Shown here piece after piece: positions 28,749 through 38,157 of a DNA stretch of 64,000 nt (its first letter is position 1; each line of letters begins with the position of its first letter). Location of the stretch: the NCBI GenBank assembly GCA_009693785.1, contig SHWP01000011.1, positions 2,370-66,369 of the forward strand, in the 5' to 3' direction. The notes under the pieces are model-generated. The model saw nothing but the letters and a program-made list of their open reading frames with translations, ran no database searches and was not told the origin of the DNA. Origin of the DNA: Rhodospirillaceae bacterium. Lineage in GTDB: Bacteria; Pseudomonadota; Alphaproteobacteria; Rhodospirillales; Rhodospirillaceae. The position numbers and the translations under genes are program-made.

Positions 28749-30008
28749 CTATCGTTGTTTTTCAGCCTCATAGAGGAAGCGCGTGCGCACAGTGCCGTCG
28801 ATGGCCACCAGGTCTTTGCGGATGCCCATGCCCACCTCAACGCGGCCCTTCACATCGGTGACGACATAGCCGATCTCGCCATCGGTGCGCAGGTATTGGC
28901 CCGCGATGTTGATTTTGCGCCGCGCAAACACGTCGGTGATTTTCGACAGCACGCCGGGCACGTCGCGGTGGATATGCATGAAGCGCGTGGCATCGGTTTG
29001 CGGTGGTAGCGCCACTTCCACAAAATTCACCGCGCCCAAGGTCGAGCCATTATCGGAATACTTCACCAGCTTCTCGGCCACTTCGGCACCGATGTTGGCT
29101 TGGGCCTCTTCGGTTGAGCCACCGATGTGCGGCGTGAGAATTACATTCCTCAAACCCTGCAAAGGGCTTTTGAATTTCTCATCGCCGTCTGCGGGCTCCT
29201 TGGGGAACACATCAAGCGCCGCACCACCGATGTGGCCGGACTTCAGCGCCTCGGCCAGTGCGTCAATCTCCACCACCGTACCCCGCGACGCATTGATCAA
29301 ATGCGCGCCTTTTTTCATCTTCTTCAGCTTGGCCGCGTTGATGAGGTTTTTGGTTTGCGGCGTCTCGGGCACATGCAGCGTGACGAAGTCGGACTCTGCT
29401 AACAGCTCATCGAGCGAGCGGCATACTTGTGCGTTGCCTAGTGCCAGCTTCTCGATGATGTCGTAAAACCGCACGCGCATGCCCATGGCCTCAGCCAAAA
29501 TCGACAACTGCGTGCCGATGTGGCCATAGCCGACAATGCCCAGCACCTTGCCGCGAATTTCGTGACTGCCCTTGTGCGACTTATCCCAACCGCCCTCGTG
29601 TGCCGTCCAGCTTTTGCGCGGAATGTCGCGGCTGAGCATGATGATCTCGGCCAACACTAACTCGGCCACCGAACGGGTGTTGGAATAGGGTGCGTTGAAC
29701 ACCGGAATGCCTTGGCGCTTGGCGGCTTTGAGGTCCACCTGATTGGTGCCGATACAAAAGCAGCCCACGGCCAGCAACTTTTCGCCTGCCGCGAGAACAT
29801 CCTTTGTGAGCTTGGTGCGCGAGCGGATGCCCAGAATGTGCACATCGGCGAGTTTGGCTTTCAGGTCATCAGCATCCAGCGCGCCATGAAGCGTTTCTAC
29901 CGAGCCATACCCTTGGCGCTTGAATAGCTCGAGCGCGGTCTTGTTGATGTTTTCCAGCAACAAAACCTTGATTCGCGGCTTGGGCAGGGAGAGCTTTTCT
30001 TTGGCCAT
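28749..30008 (-). CDS. serA: D-3-phosphoglycerate dehydrogenase
   Basis: The ATG at 30008 gives MAKEKLSLPKPRIKVLLLE. It has a GIVGYGHIGTQ NAD site and a C-terminal ACT-like domain. The track ORF is 67 codons longer at the N-terminus. Confidence 0.9.
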   Translation of the reverse strand: MAKEKLSLPKPRIKVLLLENINKTALELFKRQGYGSVETLHGALDADDLKAKLADVHILGIRSRTKLTKDVLAAGEKLLAVGCFCIGTNQVDLKAAKRQGIPVFNAPYSNTRSVAELVLAEIIMLSRDIPRKSWTAHEGGWDKSHKGSHEIRGKVLGIVGYGHIGTQLSILAEAMGMRVRFYDIIEKLALGNAQVCRSLDELLAESDFVTLHVPETPQTKNLINAAKLKKMKKGAHLINASRGTVVEIDALAEALKSGHIGGAALDVFPKEPADGDEKFKSPLQGLRNVILTPHIGGSTEEAQANIGAEVAEKLVKYSDNGSTLGAVNFVEVALPPQTDATRFMHIHRDVPGVLSKITDVFARRKINIAGQYLRTDGEIGYVVTDVKGRVEVGMGIRKDLVAIDGTVRTRFLYEAEKQR

Positions 30009-30135
30009 GGATACGCCTTGTACACTTCTCGGGGGCCGGTCTGGCGTCGTATGGTGGGGCCAGTGCCCTCGGGGGCGCCGGGAGTAGCATGAACTCACCA
30101 CGGGCGAAAAGGCCCACGACTCAAGGAAAAACGCC

Positions 30136-30600
30136 ATGGCTGGAACCGTCGAGAAACGCCTGAAAGAGCTTGGAATCGCGCTGCCCACGGCGGCCGCGCC
30201 CATCGCCAATTACGTGCCCGCGGTGCGTTCGGGCAACCTGCTGTTCATCTCGGGCCAACTGCCATTAAAAGACGGCAAAGTGGCCTTCGAGGGCCAAGTA
30301 GGTAACTTGCTGTCGCTTGAACAGGGCATCGAGGCCGCCCGGTTGTGCGCGCTGAACATCATCGCCCAAGCCAGCACGGCGCTGAGTGGCGACCTCGACA
30401 AAGTCAAACGCGTGGTGAAGCTAACGGGTTTTGTCGCTTGCCTGCCGACCTTCACGCAGCACCCGCAAGTCATCAACGGCGCATCGGACGTGATGGTGCA
30501 AGTCTTCGGCGATGCCGGGCGTCATGCCCGCGCTGCTGTCGGCGCACCCTCGCTACCGCGCGGCGCAGCAGTGGAAGTCGAAGCGGTATTTGAGGTGTAA
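30136..30600 (+). CDS. RidA/YjgF family protein
   Basis: The product is 154 aa. It has the SGQLP motif and a C-terminal PRGAAVEVEAVF typical of the family. Confidence 0.85.
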   Translation: MAGTVEKRLKELGIALPTAAAPIANYVPAVRSGNLLFISGQLPLKDGKVAFEGQVGNLLSLEQGIEAARLCALNIIAQASTALSGDLDKVKRVVKLTGFVACLPTFTQHPQVINGASDVMVQVFGDAGRHARAAVGAPSLPRGAAVEVEAVFEV

Positions 30601-30623
30601 GCTTATGTACCCGGTACATAAGC
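30601..30623. repeat. REP copy 3 (perfect, 23-bp palindrome GCTTATGTACCCGGTACATAAGC)
   Basis: It was read directly from the sequence and starts immediately after the ridA-family stop codon. Confidence 0.9.
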
Positions 30624-30641
30624 ATGGCCTAAGTTTACTTT

Positions 30642-31838
30642 ATGAATGACGAAACTCAAAAGTCCGACACCCTCACCGCCAAGGTGCTGAGCAGCATCGG
30701 CGCGGTGGATGCGGCTGCGTGGGATGCCTGCGCCGGGCAAGAGTGCACGGACTCAAACCCCTTTGTGCGTCATGCCTTCTACAGCGCGCTGGAAGATTCC
30801 AAGTCCGTCTGCGCGGAGGCCGGGTGGCAACCGCAACACATCGTGATTGAAGACGCCGGCGGGAAAGTTCTGGCGTGCGCGGCGGCCTACCTCAAAGGCC
30901 ATTCTTATGGCGAGTATGTGTTCGACCATGTCTGGGCCAATGCCTATCAGCGCGCGGGCGGACGCTATTATCCAAAACTCCAATGCGCGGTGCCCTTCAC
31001 GCCCGTGACCAGCCCGCGCCTCATGGTGCGCGGCGACGTAGACGAGGTGACCCGCGCCGAACTGCAAACCACATTGCTCGGCACCATGGTGGAGTTGGCG
31101 CGGCAACGCAAAGTCTCATCGGTACATGTCACCTTCCCCACCGAGGCCGAGCAAAACCTCATGACCGAAGCGGGGTTTTTGCCGCGCATCGGCGAGCAGT
31201 ACCATTGGAAGAACGAGGGCTACACTACCTTCGATGATTTCCTCGCGGCCATGTCCTCGCGCCATCGCAAAAACATCCGCAAGGAACGCGCCAAGGCCAA
31301 TAGTTGCGGCGTGCGCATCGAAACTCTGGTGGGTGCGGACATCAAACCCATCCATTGGGATGCCTTTTACCGCTTTTATATCGGCACCTCCGACCGCAAA
31401 TGGGGCCAAGCCTATTTAACGCGCGCGTTTTTCGATTTGCTGTCACAGCGTATGGCCGGTGCAGTGGTGTTGGTGATGGGCTTCGAGGACGAACGCCCCG
31501 TGTGCGGCGCCATCAACCTGCGTGGGGGAAACACACTCTTCGGGCGCAACTGGGGCGCCATCGTGGACTACCCCTTCCTGCATTTCGAGTGCTGTTACTA
31601 CCGCGCCATCGACTACGCCATCGAACACAAACTGGCATGGGTGGAAGCAGGCGCTCAAGGCCAGCACAAAATTCAACGGGGCTACTTGCCGCGCGCCACC
31701 TACTCCGCCCACTGGATCGCCGACCCTCGATTCAAAGAAGCCGTGGCGCGCTTTCTCGATGACGAACGCGAGGCCGTGGCAAGCCGCATCGAAGCGCTGG
31801 AAGATTGGGGCCCGTTTAAAAAAGAGCAACAGGATTAA
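30642..31838 (+). CDS. DUF482/FemAB-like GNAT-fold acyltransferase family protein
   Basis: The product is 398 aa. The NPFVRHAFYSALEDS, YGEYVFDH and YYPKL patterns are characteristic of the DUF482 family. Confidence 0.65.
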   Translation: MNDETQKSDTLTAKVLSSIGAVDAAAWDACAGQECTDSNPFVRHAFYSALEDSKSVCAEAGWQPQHIVIEDAGGKVLACAAAYLKGHSYGEYVFDHVWANAYQRAGGRYYPKLQCAVPFTPVTSPRLMVRGDVDEVTRAELQTTLLGTMVELARQRKVSSVHVTFPTEAEQNLMTEAGFLPRIGEQYHWKNEGYTTFDDFLAAMSSRHRKNIRKERAKANSCGVRIETLVGADIKPIHWDAFYRFYIGTSDRKWGQAYLTRAFFDLLSQRMAGAVVLVMGFEDERPVCGAINLRGGNTLFGRNWGAIVDYPFLHFECCYYRAIDYAIEHKLAWVEAGAQGQHKIQRGYLPRATYSAHWIADPRFKEAVARFLDDEREAVASRIEALEDWGPFKKEQQD

Positions 31839-31843
31839 CGCCC

Positions 31844-32077
31844 ATGGCCGCCGATCCCGTTCCAACCATGATGGGCATGGCGCGCGAGCGCCCCGACCCC
31901 AAGGCCGTGGTACAGTGGCTGAGCGCCTATTTGGGCAAACGGCCCGTGGATATGAAGCGCGCATTGCTTGATGGGTTTGCCGCCGAGATCAAAGCCAAAC
32001 ACTCTGGCCCGACCGATGTGCGCGCCGCCACGCTGGTGCTGAAAATGATTGAGAAAGTACGCGAGACGCTGCGGTAG
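31844..32077 (+). CDS. Small hypothetical protein (77 aa)
   Basis: The ORF is tightly packed between neighbours. No motif was recognised. Confidence 0.35.
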   Translation: MAADPVPTMMGMARERPDPKAVVQWLSAYLGKRPVDMKRALLDGFAAEIKAKHSGPTDVRAATLVLKMIEKVRETLR

Positions 32078-32080
32078 ATA

Positions 32081-34159
32081 TTACCGCCCGCGCGGCATCA
32101 GCGCCTTCGCGCCTAGCACGCCCTTGGTCAAAAACTTCTGGCCCTTGTGCTTCTTACCCATACGCCTGCCCTCGCCGCCTTTATCGCCGGTACCGGCCGG
32201 TTGCCAGGTCGGCACCAGGTGGTGCTTGCCGTTGCCGATTAAGTCGGCGCGGCCCATTTTTTTCAACGCCTCGCGCAGCATCGGCCAATTCTCGGCATCG
32301 TGATAGCGCAAGAACGCCTTATGCAATCGCCGTTGGCGCAGCCCCTTGATGGTGGCGACTTCTTCCGATGCGCCCTTGCGCACCGCGCGCAGCGGGTTCT
32401 TGCCCGAATGATACATCGCCGTGGAGATGGCCATGGGCGAAGGCAAGAAGGTTTGCACCTGGTCGGCGCGGTAGCCGTTTTTCTTCAGCCACACCGCCAG
32501 GTTCATCATGTCTTCGTCGGTGGTGCCGGGGTGGGCCGCGATGAAATAGGGAATCAGGAAATACTTTTTGCCAGCGTCTTTGGCCGCTTGGTCGAACAGT
32601 TGCTTGAAGCGATCGTAAGTGCCGATGCCGGGCTTCATCATTTTCGAGAGCGGCCCCGCCTCGGTGTGCTCCGGCGCGATCTTGAGGTAACCGCCCACGT
32701 GGTGCGTGACGAGTTCCTTGATGTAGGCTGGGCTTTTCACCGCCAAGTCATAGCGCACGCCCGAGGCTACCATGACTTTCTTCACGCCGGGCACCGCGCG
32801 AGCCTTGCGGTATAAGTCGATCAGCGGATCGTGGTTGGTGTTGAGGTTGGGGCAAATGCCGGGGAACACGCAGCTGGGCCTGCGGCACAGCGACTCAGTT
32901 TCCTTGTCCTTGCACGCCATGCGGTACATGTTGGCGGTGGGCCCGCCGATGTCGGAAATAATGCCGGTGAAACCCTCCACCTTGTCGCGCACGGTCTCGA
33001 TCTCGCGGATGATGGATTCTTCCGAGCGGCTTTGGATGATGCGTCCCTCGTGTTCGGTGATGGAACAGAACGAACAGCCGCCGAAGCAACCGCGCATGGT
33101 GGTCACGGAAAAGCGGATCATGTCCCAGGCGGGAATTTTGGCATCACCGTACGAAGGGTGCGGTGCGCGCGCGTAGGGCAAATCGTACACACCATCCATC
33201 TCGGCAGTGGTGAGCGGAATGGGCGGCGGCGTCACCCACAATTCGCGATCGCCATGTTTTTGCACCAGGCCGCGCGCGTTGCCGGGGTTGCTTTCGCGAT
33301 GCAGCACGCGCGAGGCGCGGGCATAGGTTTCGGGGTCGCGTTCAACCTGTTCGAAAGCAGGCAAGCGAACAACGGTTTGCGTATTGCTTGAGGCGCGAGC
33401 ACCTTCATCGCTGGCGGAAATGTCATCGGCGTGCAGTTCCGTCCAGCCCTCCGGCACGGCGGACTTCATCAACGCCACGCCGCGAACGTCATCGAGGTCG
33501 GAAAATTTAGCGCCCTTGGCGATGCGATGCGCCACTTCCACCACGGCGCGTTCTGCGTTGCCGTAAATGAGAATATCCGCCTTGGCATCGGCGAGGACCG
33601 AGCGGCGCACTTTGTCGGACCAGTAATCGTAGTGGGCGATGCGTCGTAAGCTCGCCTCGATGCCACCCAGCACGATGGGCGCATCGTTATAAGCTTCGCG
33701 GCAACGCTGCGCATAGACAATCACCGAGCGGTCGGGCCGCTTGCCGCCCTCGCCGCCCGGCGTGTAGCTGTCGTTGTGGCGCAGCCTTTTGTCGGAGGTG
33801 TAGCGGTTGACCATGGAATCCATGTTGCCGCCAGTAACGCCGAAAAACAGTGCGGGTTCGCCCAACGCTTTGAAGGCATCGGCGTTTTGCCAGTCGGGCT
33901 GGGCGATAATGCCGACACGGAAACCATGGGACTCTAACAGCCGGCCAATGATCGCCATGCCGAAACTGGGGTGATCAATGTACGCGTCGCCCGTGACCAA
34001 AATAATATCGCAGGCATCCCAGCCCAGCGCATCCATCTCGGCACGCGACATGGGCAGGAAGGGCGCGGTGCCAAAGCGATGCGCCCAGTGCTTGCGGTAG
34101 GAAAAAAGGCCCTTCGGCGGGGCGTACGCCGGAGCCGGAATGTGCGCGGCGGTCTGCAT
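32081..34159 (-). CDS. ygiQ: YgiQ family radical SAM protein
   Basis: The product is 692 aa. It has the [15 protein letters not shown] cluster motif, a UPF0313 N-terminal domain and a basic C-terminal tail. Confidence 0.9.
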   Translation of the reverse strand: MQTAAHIPAPAYAPPKGLFSYRKHWAHRFGTAPFLPMSRAEMDALGWDACDIILVTGDAYIDHPSFGMAIIGRLLESHGFRVGIIAQPDWQNADAFKALGEPALFFGVTGGNMDSMVNRYTSDKRLRHNDSYTPGGEGGKRPDRSVIVYAQRCREAYNDAPIVLGGIEASLRRIAHYDYWSDKVRRSVLADAKADILIYGNAERAVVEVAHRIAKGAKFSDLDDVRGVALMKSAVPEGWTELHADDISASDEGARASSNTQTVVRLPAFEQVERDPETYARASRVLHRESNPGNARGLVQKHGDRELWVTPPPIPLTTAEMDGVYDLPYARAPHPSYGDAKIPAWDMIRFSVTTMRGCFGGCSFCSITEHEGRIIQSRSEESIIREIETVRDKVEGFTGIISDIGGPTANMYRMACKDKETESLCRRPSCVFPGICPNLNTNHDPLIDLYRKARAVPGVKKVMVASGVRYDLAVKSPAYIKELVTHHVGGYLKIAPEHTEAGPLSKMMKPGIGTYDRFKQLFDQAAKDAGKKYFLIPYFIAAHPGTTDEDMMNLAVWLKKNGYRADQVQTFLPSPMAISTAMYHSGKNPLRAVRKGASEEVATIKGLRQRRLHKAFLRYHDAENWPMLREALKKMGRADLIGNGKHHLVPTWQPAGTGDKGGEGRRMGKKHKGQKFLTKGVLGAKALMPRGR

Positions 34160-34390
34160 AACTACACGTTGTGCGGGAAGGCCGGAAGACAGTCAATGGC
34201 GGCTGGAATAGCGCTTTTTCCTTGCAAATCAGATGTTCACAGCTATTAACCACGCTTTGGTAGGCCATACTTAAGATACTTGTAATTAGCCCACCGAACG
34301 TATTACGAGAGTTATCTTGCTCGCACAGCACGGGGGAAAGCGCCTCTCGGAGCGAGCAAGCGGTTTCAGCAGCTCATTTTGGGAAATAAC

Positions 34391-36078
34391 ATGCTTTCGA
34401 ATGTTCGAATCATCATCCGCCTTGGCCTGCTCGTACTCATATTGATGACATTTATAGCGGGGTTGAGTTACCTGAGTGTCACGGGCCTTGGTGACATGCG
34501 CGCGGGTATCAAAACCGTCTATGAGGACCGCACCATTCCCATGGGCCAGCTGGCCGAAATCCAGCGCGATTATTTTGAAATCCGCTTCGCGGTATTGGGG
34601 GCGTTAAATTCGAACGATGTTGCAACCGTTCAAGCACGTGAGACAGATATCGCGGTTCTGGACAAAATATCGACAAAGCCTGGGATGCGTACACATCGAC
34701 GTTTTTGACCCAGGATGAGAAAAAACTGGTCACGGAAGCAAGTGACAACTTCAAGACATACAACACGATCCGCTCATCGCAAGTGTTGGCCAAAGCGCGC
34801 GCGGGTGATTTCGCGGGCGCGCGTGCTGCCTCAAGTGGCGATGGGTCCAAGGCTTTCGCCGCCGTGAGTAACAGCATCTTCGAACTGATGCAGCTTCAAG
34901 AGGACGTCGCCAAAGAAGAGTATGAAAAGGCCAACGATGCCTACGACAGCGATTTCAATCTTTCGATTGGCGCCCTGATCGGGGCGCTAATGATTGGCAG
35001 TGGCGTAGCATACTTGATTGCCACTTCAATTACGGCGCCACTGATTCAAATTATCGACGTTATGAAAGACCTGACGCGCGGAGAGCTTCGCGTCGACGTC
35101 CCCGGGCAAGACCGGGGCGACGAAATTGGCGAGGTCTCACGAGCCGTCGCCATTTTCAAGGACGGCCTTGTCGAGGCCGAACGGCTTCGCACAGAGCAGG
35201 CCACGGCCAAAGAACGCGCCGAGGTCGACCGCAAGGCCGCCATGCACAAGATGGCCGACGATTTCGAGAAGGCAGTGGGCGGGATCGTCGGGACCGTCGC
35301 CTCGGCCGCGACGCAATTGCAAGCATCGGCAGAGTCATTGGATGCGACCGCACAAGAAACCTCGCAGCAAGCCACAACCGTCGCCGGAACGTCATCGCAA
35401 GTGTCGTCCAATATCCAAACCGTCTCGGCGGCAGCCGAAGAACTGACGGCATCGGTGCAGGAAATCGCTCGGCAGATCTCCGAGGCAAATGCAATGACCA
35501 GTTCGGCGGTGGTCGAGGCTGGCAAGACGAATTCACAAGTTCAAGAACTGGCCGATGCGGCGCAGAAAATCAACGAAGTTGTCGAATTGATCAATAGCAT
35601 CGCGGGGCAAACCAACTTGCTCGCGTTGAATACCACCATCGAGGCCGCGCGCGCCGGTGATGCCGGCAAAGGGTTTGCGGTTGTGGCGAGCGAAGTGAAA
35701 AACCTGGCAACCCAAACGGCTAAGGCGACCGGCGATATTGGTCAGCAAATCAATGAAATTCAGCGCACGACGCAAAATTGCGTGACCGCGATCAAAGCAA
35801 TTTCAGAGATGATCGCCAAAATTAGCACGGTGGCCGGAACGATTGGAACTGCGGTTCAGGAACAAGCTTCGGCGACGCAGGAAATCGCGCGCAACGTCAA
35901 TCAGGCCTCGCAAGGGTCGGATGGCGTCTCGCAGAACATCATCAGCGTCAACCAATCGTCGGAAATGACTGGCACGTCGGCAGGCGAGGTTCTTGAGGCC
36001 GCGCGTGAATTGTCGACCCAGGCCGAATTACTCAACAGCGAGTTGACGAAATTCCTCGACACCATCCGGCACGGCTAA
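34391..36078 (+). pseudogene. Methyl-accepting chemotaxis protein interrupted by a 1-nt frameshift
   Basis: The N-terminal TM and 4HB-type sensor are in one frame (to 34708). The rest of the sensor, TM2, HAMP and the signalling domain (LLALNTTIEAARAGDAGKGFAVVASEVKNLA) are in another. The frames join at the A4 run at 34664-34667. Confidence 0.75.
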
Positions 36079-36084
36079 CGCTCA

Positions 36085-36102
36085 CCCTGATCCAGATCAG
36101 GG
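36085..36102 (+). terminator. Possible terminator hairpin after the MCP gene
   Basis: CCCTGATC/GATCAGGG forms an inverted repeat. The downstream T-run is weak. Confidence 0.3.
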
Positions 36103-36176
36103 CGTGATTTGCCCAACAGTCGCATTCATTTCTCGCCAACATCGTTTCGCCAGTCTCCCTTACGCCGGAATTAGTC

Positions 36177-37379
36177 ATGTTGCGTTCTATCGTGTTTACG
36201 ACCTGCATGTGCCTTGCAAGCGCCGCCGCCACTGCAGAGCCCTTCACCGATGCCCTCAAGGCCGGCAAGGCCAGCGGCGATTTTCGCTACCGCATTGAGG
36301 CCGTCGACCAAAACGGGTTTGCCCGCAACGCCTTTGCCTCCACCTTACGCAGCCGGGTGGGCTATGAAACCGGCGCGCTCAATGGCTTCAAGGCGCTGAT
36401 GGAGTTCGAGGATATCCGCCCCATCGGCGATGACCGCTTCAACAGCACCACGAATCGCAAAGTATTATTGCCAACGGTGGCCGACCCCAAGATCGCGGAG
36501 CTCAACCGCGCGCAGATCAGTTACACCTCCGAGCAATTTGGCGCGGTCGTGGGCCGCCAACGCATCAATCTCGACAACCAGCGTTTCGTGGGCGCCGTGG
36601 GTTTCCGCCAGAACGAGCAAACTTTCGATGCCGCGCGCGTGAACGTGACGCCATCGAAAGAAGCCGCCTTCACCTATGCATATGTATGGCAGGTTAATCG
36701 CGTGTTTGGCCGCGATAATCCCCTGGGCCGCTTTAAGGGCGATACGCACATCTTCAATGGGTCGTACAGTTTCCCCATCGGCAAACTATCGGCCTATGCC
36801 TATTTGCTTGAACCCAAACCCTCCAACCCAAATTCCAGCAATACGTTCGGCGCGCGGTTTGCAGGCACGCGCAAGATCAACGATGGGTTCAGCGCGCAGT
36901 ACGCCGTGGAATTTGCCAACCAACACGACGCCAAGGCTAACCCGGTTGATTATTCGCTGAACCATTATCTCATCGAGGGCGGCGGTATTTTCGGCGCGGC
37001 ATCGGCGCGCGCGGGTTACGAAGTGCTGGAAGGCAACGGCCGCATTGGCTTTGCGACACCGCTCGCCACGCTGCACGCCTTCCAGGGGTTTGCCGATGTG
37101 TTCCTCACCACGCCCACGGCGGGCATCAAGGATCTCTATGCGGTGGCGGATTACACTTTTAAATTCGAGGCGGGCCTGAAAAGTTTGCGCCTGGCCGCCT
37201 GGCTGCACGACTATACGCGCGATTTTGGCTCGGGCAGTTTGGGCAGCGAGGTCAATCTCGTCGCAACGGCTGTTGTCACCGACAGCGTTTCGGCGGAACT
37301 GAAATTCGCCGACTACAATGGCGGTGTTTTTGCCGCCAGCCGCCAAAAAGTATGGGCCTCGGTCACCCTTACCTTTTAA
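36177..37379 (+). CDS. Outer-membrane beta-barrel protein (porin / alginate-export-like)
   Basis: It has a signal peptide ending AATAEP, alternating beta-strand patterns and a C-terminal ...VTLTF (terminal Phe). Confidence 0.65.
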   Translation: MLRSIVFTTCMCLASAAATAEPFTDALKAGKASGDFRYRIEAVDQNGFARNAFASTLRSRVGYETGALNGFKALMEFEDIRPIGDDRFNSTTNRKVLLPTVADPKIAELNRAQISYTSEQFGAVVGRQRINLDNQRFVGAVGFRQNEQTFDAARVNVTPSKEAAFTYAYVWQVNRVFGRDNPLGRFKGDTHIFNGSYSFPIGKLSAYAYLLEPKPSNPNSSNTFGARFAGTRKINDGFSAQYAVEFANQHDAKANPVDYSLNHYLIEGGGIFGAASARAGYEVLEGNGRIGFATPLATLHAFQGFADVFLTTPTAGIKDLYAVADYTFKFEAGLKSLRLAAWLHDYTRDFGSGSLGSEVNLVATAVVTDSVSAELKFADYNGGVFAASRQKVWASVTLTF

Positions 37380-37385
37380 GTCCTG

Positions 37386-37429
37386 TTATGTACCCGGTAC
37401 ATAAGCTAAGTTATGTACCCGGTACATAA
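37386..37429. repeat. REP copies 4a and 4b (two perfect 19-mers separated by GCTAAG)
   Basis: TTATGTACCCGGTACATAA occurs at 37386-37404 and 37411-37429, 19 nt upstream of the RAYT start. Confidence 0.9.
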
Positions 37430-37447
37430 TATAAGGGGACTTAAGCG

Positions 37448-38152
37448 ATGTCCCGCGTCCATCGCCACTTCTTGCCCGATCAGCCGGTGCATGTGATTCA
37501 GCGGGGCAACAACCGCCAGCAAACCTTCTTCAAGCCCGGCGATGCCAAGTTTTATCTCGACCTGCTGAAAGAAGCTGCCGCCACGCACGGACTAAAAGTG
37601 CATGCCTATGTGCTGATGACTAATCATGTGCATCTGCTCGCCTCGCCGCTTCATGCCGAGAGCTTGCCCAAGGCCATGCGCGACATCGGCTGGCACTACA
37701 CCCGCCACATCAACACCACGCAAAACCGCACTGGCGGGCTGTGGGAGGGGCACTACCGCGCCTGCCTGATCGACACTGAAACCTATTTCTTTGTGTGCAG
37801 CCGCTATATCGAGTTGAATCCCGTGCGTGCGGGCCTTGCCGCCACACCCGACAAATACCGCTGGTCGAGTTATCGCGCCAATGCGCTGGGCGAAGCCGAT
37901 GCCAACGTATGGCCGCATCGTTTGTATGTGGATCTCGCTCCGTCGATGGCGGGGCGTGCGGACTCTTACCGCGCGCTGTTCGATCAACCCTTGGCGCAAG
38001 ACAACCTCGACACCCTGCGCCGGGCGACACAAAAGGGCCAAGCCGCAGGCTCCGCAGCCTTCCTCGACAAGCTTGAGCGCCAGACCGGGGCTTATCTACG
38101 CCCGCGCCGTAAGCCTCGGAAAAACCTCAGAAGTTATGTACCCGGTACATAA
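37448..38152 (+). CDS. REP-associated tyrosine transposase (RAYT, HUH/Y1 family)
   Basis: It has the HUH motif H-V-H in YVLMTNHVHLLASP, plus VHVIQRGNNRQ, YIELNPVRAGL and YRWSSY. The product is 234 aa. Confidence 0.85.
   Translation: MSRVHRHFLPDQPVHVIQRGNNRQQTFFKPGDAKFYLDLLKEAAATHGLKVHAYVLMTNHVHLLASPLHAESLPKAMRDIGWHYTRHINTTQNRTGGLWEGHYRACLIDTETYFFVCSRYIELNPVRAGLAATPDKYRWSSYRANALGEADANVWPHRLYVDLAPSMAGRADSYRALFDQPLAQDNLDTLRRATQKGQAAGSAAFLDKLERQTGAYLRPRRKPRKNLRSYVPGT
38134..38152. repeat. REP copy 5 (perfect), containing the RAYT stop codon
   Basis: TTATGTACCCGGTACATAA encodes the last residues ..YVPGT and the TAA stop. Confidence 0.9.
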
Positions 38153-38157
38153 GAGAT

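Larger units (their letters stand above)
37386..38152 (+). mobile_element. REPtron: RAYT gene bracketed by its cognate REP palindromes
   Basis: A REP doublet lies 5' of the IS200/IS605-like Y1 transposase ORF and a single REP lies 3' of it. Confidence 0.75.
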
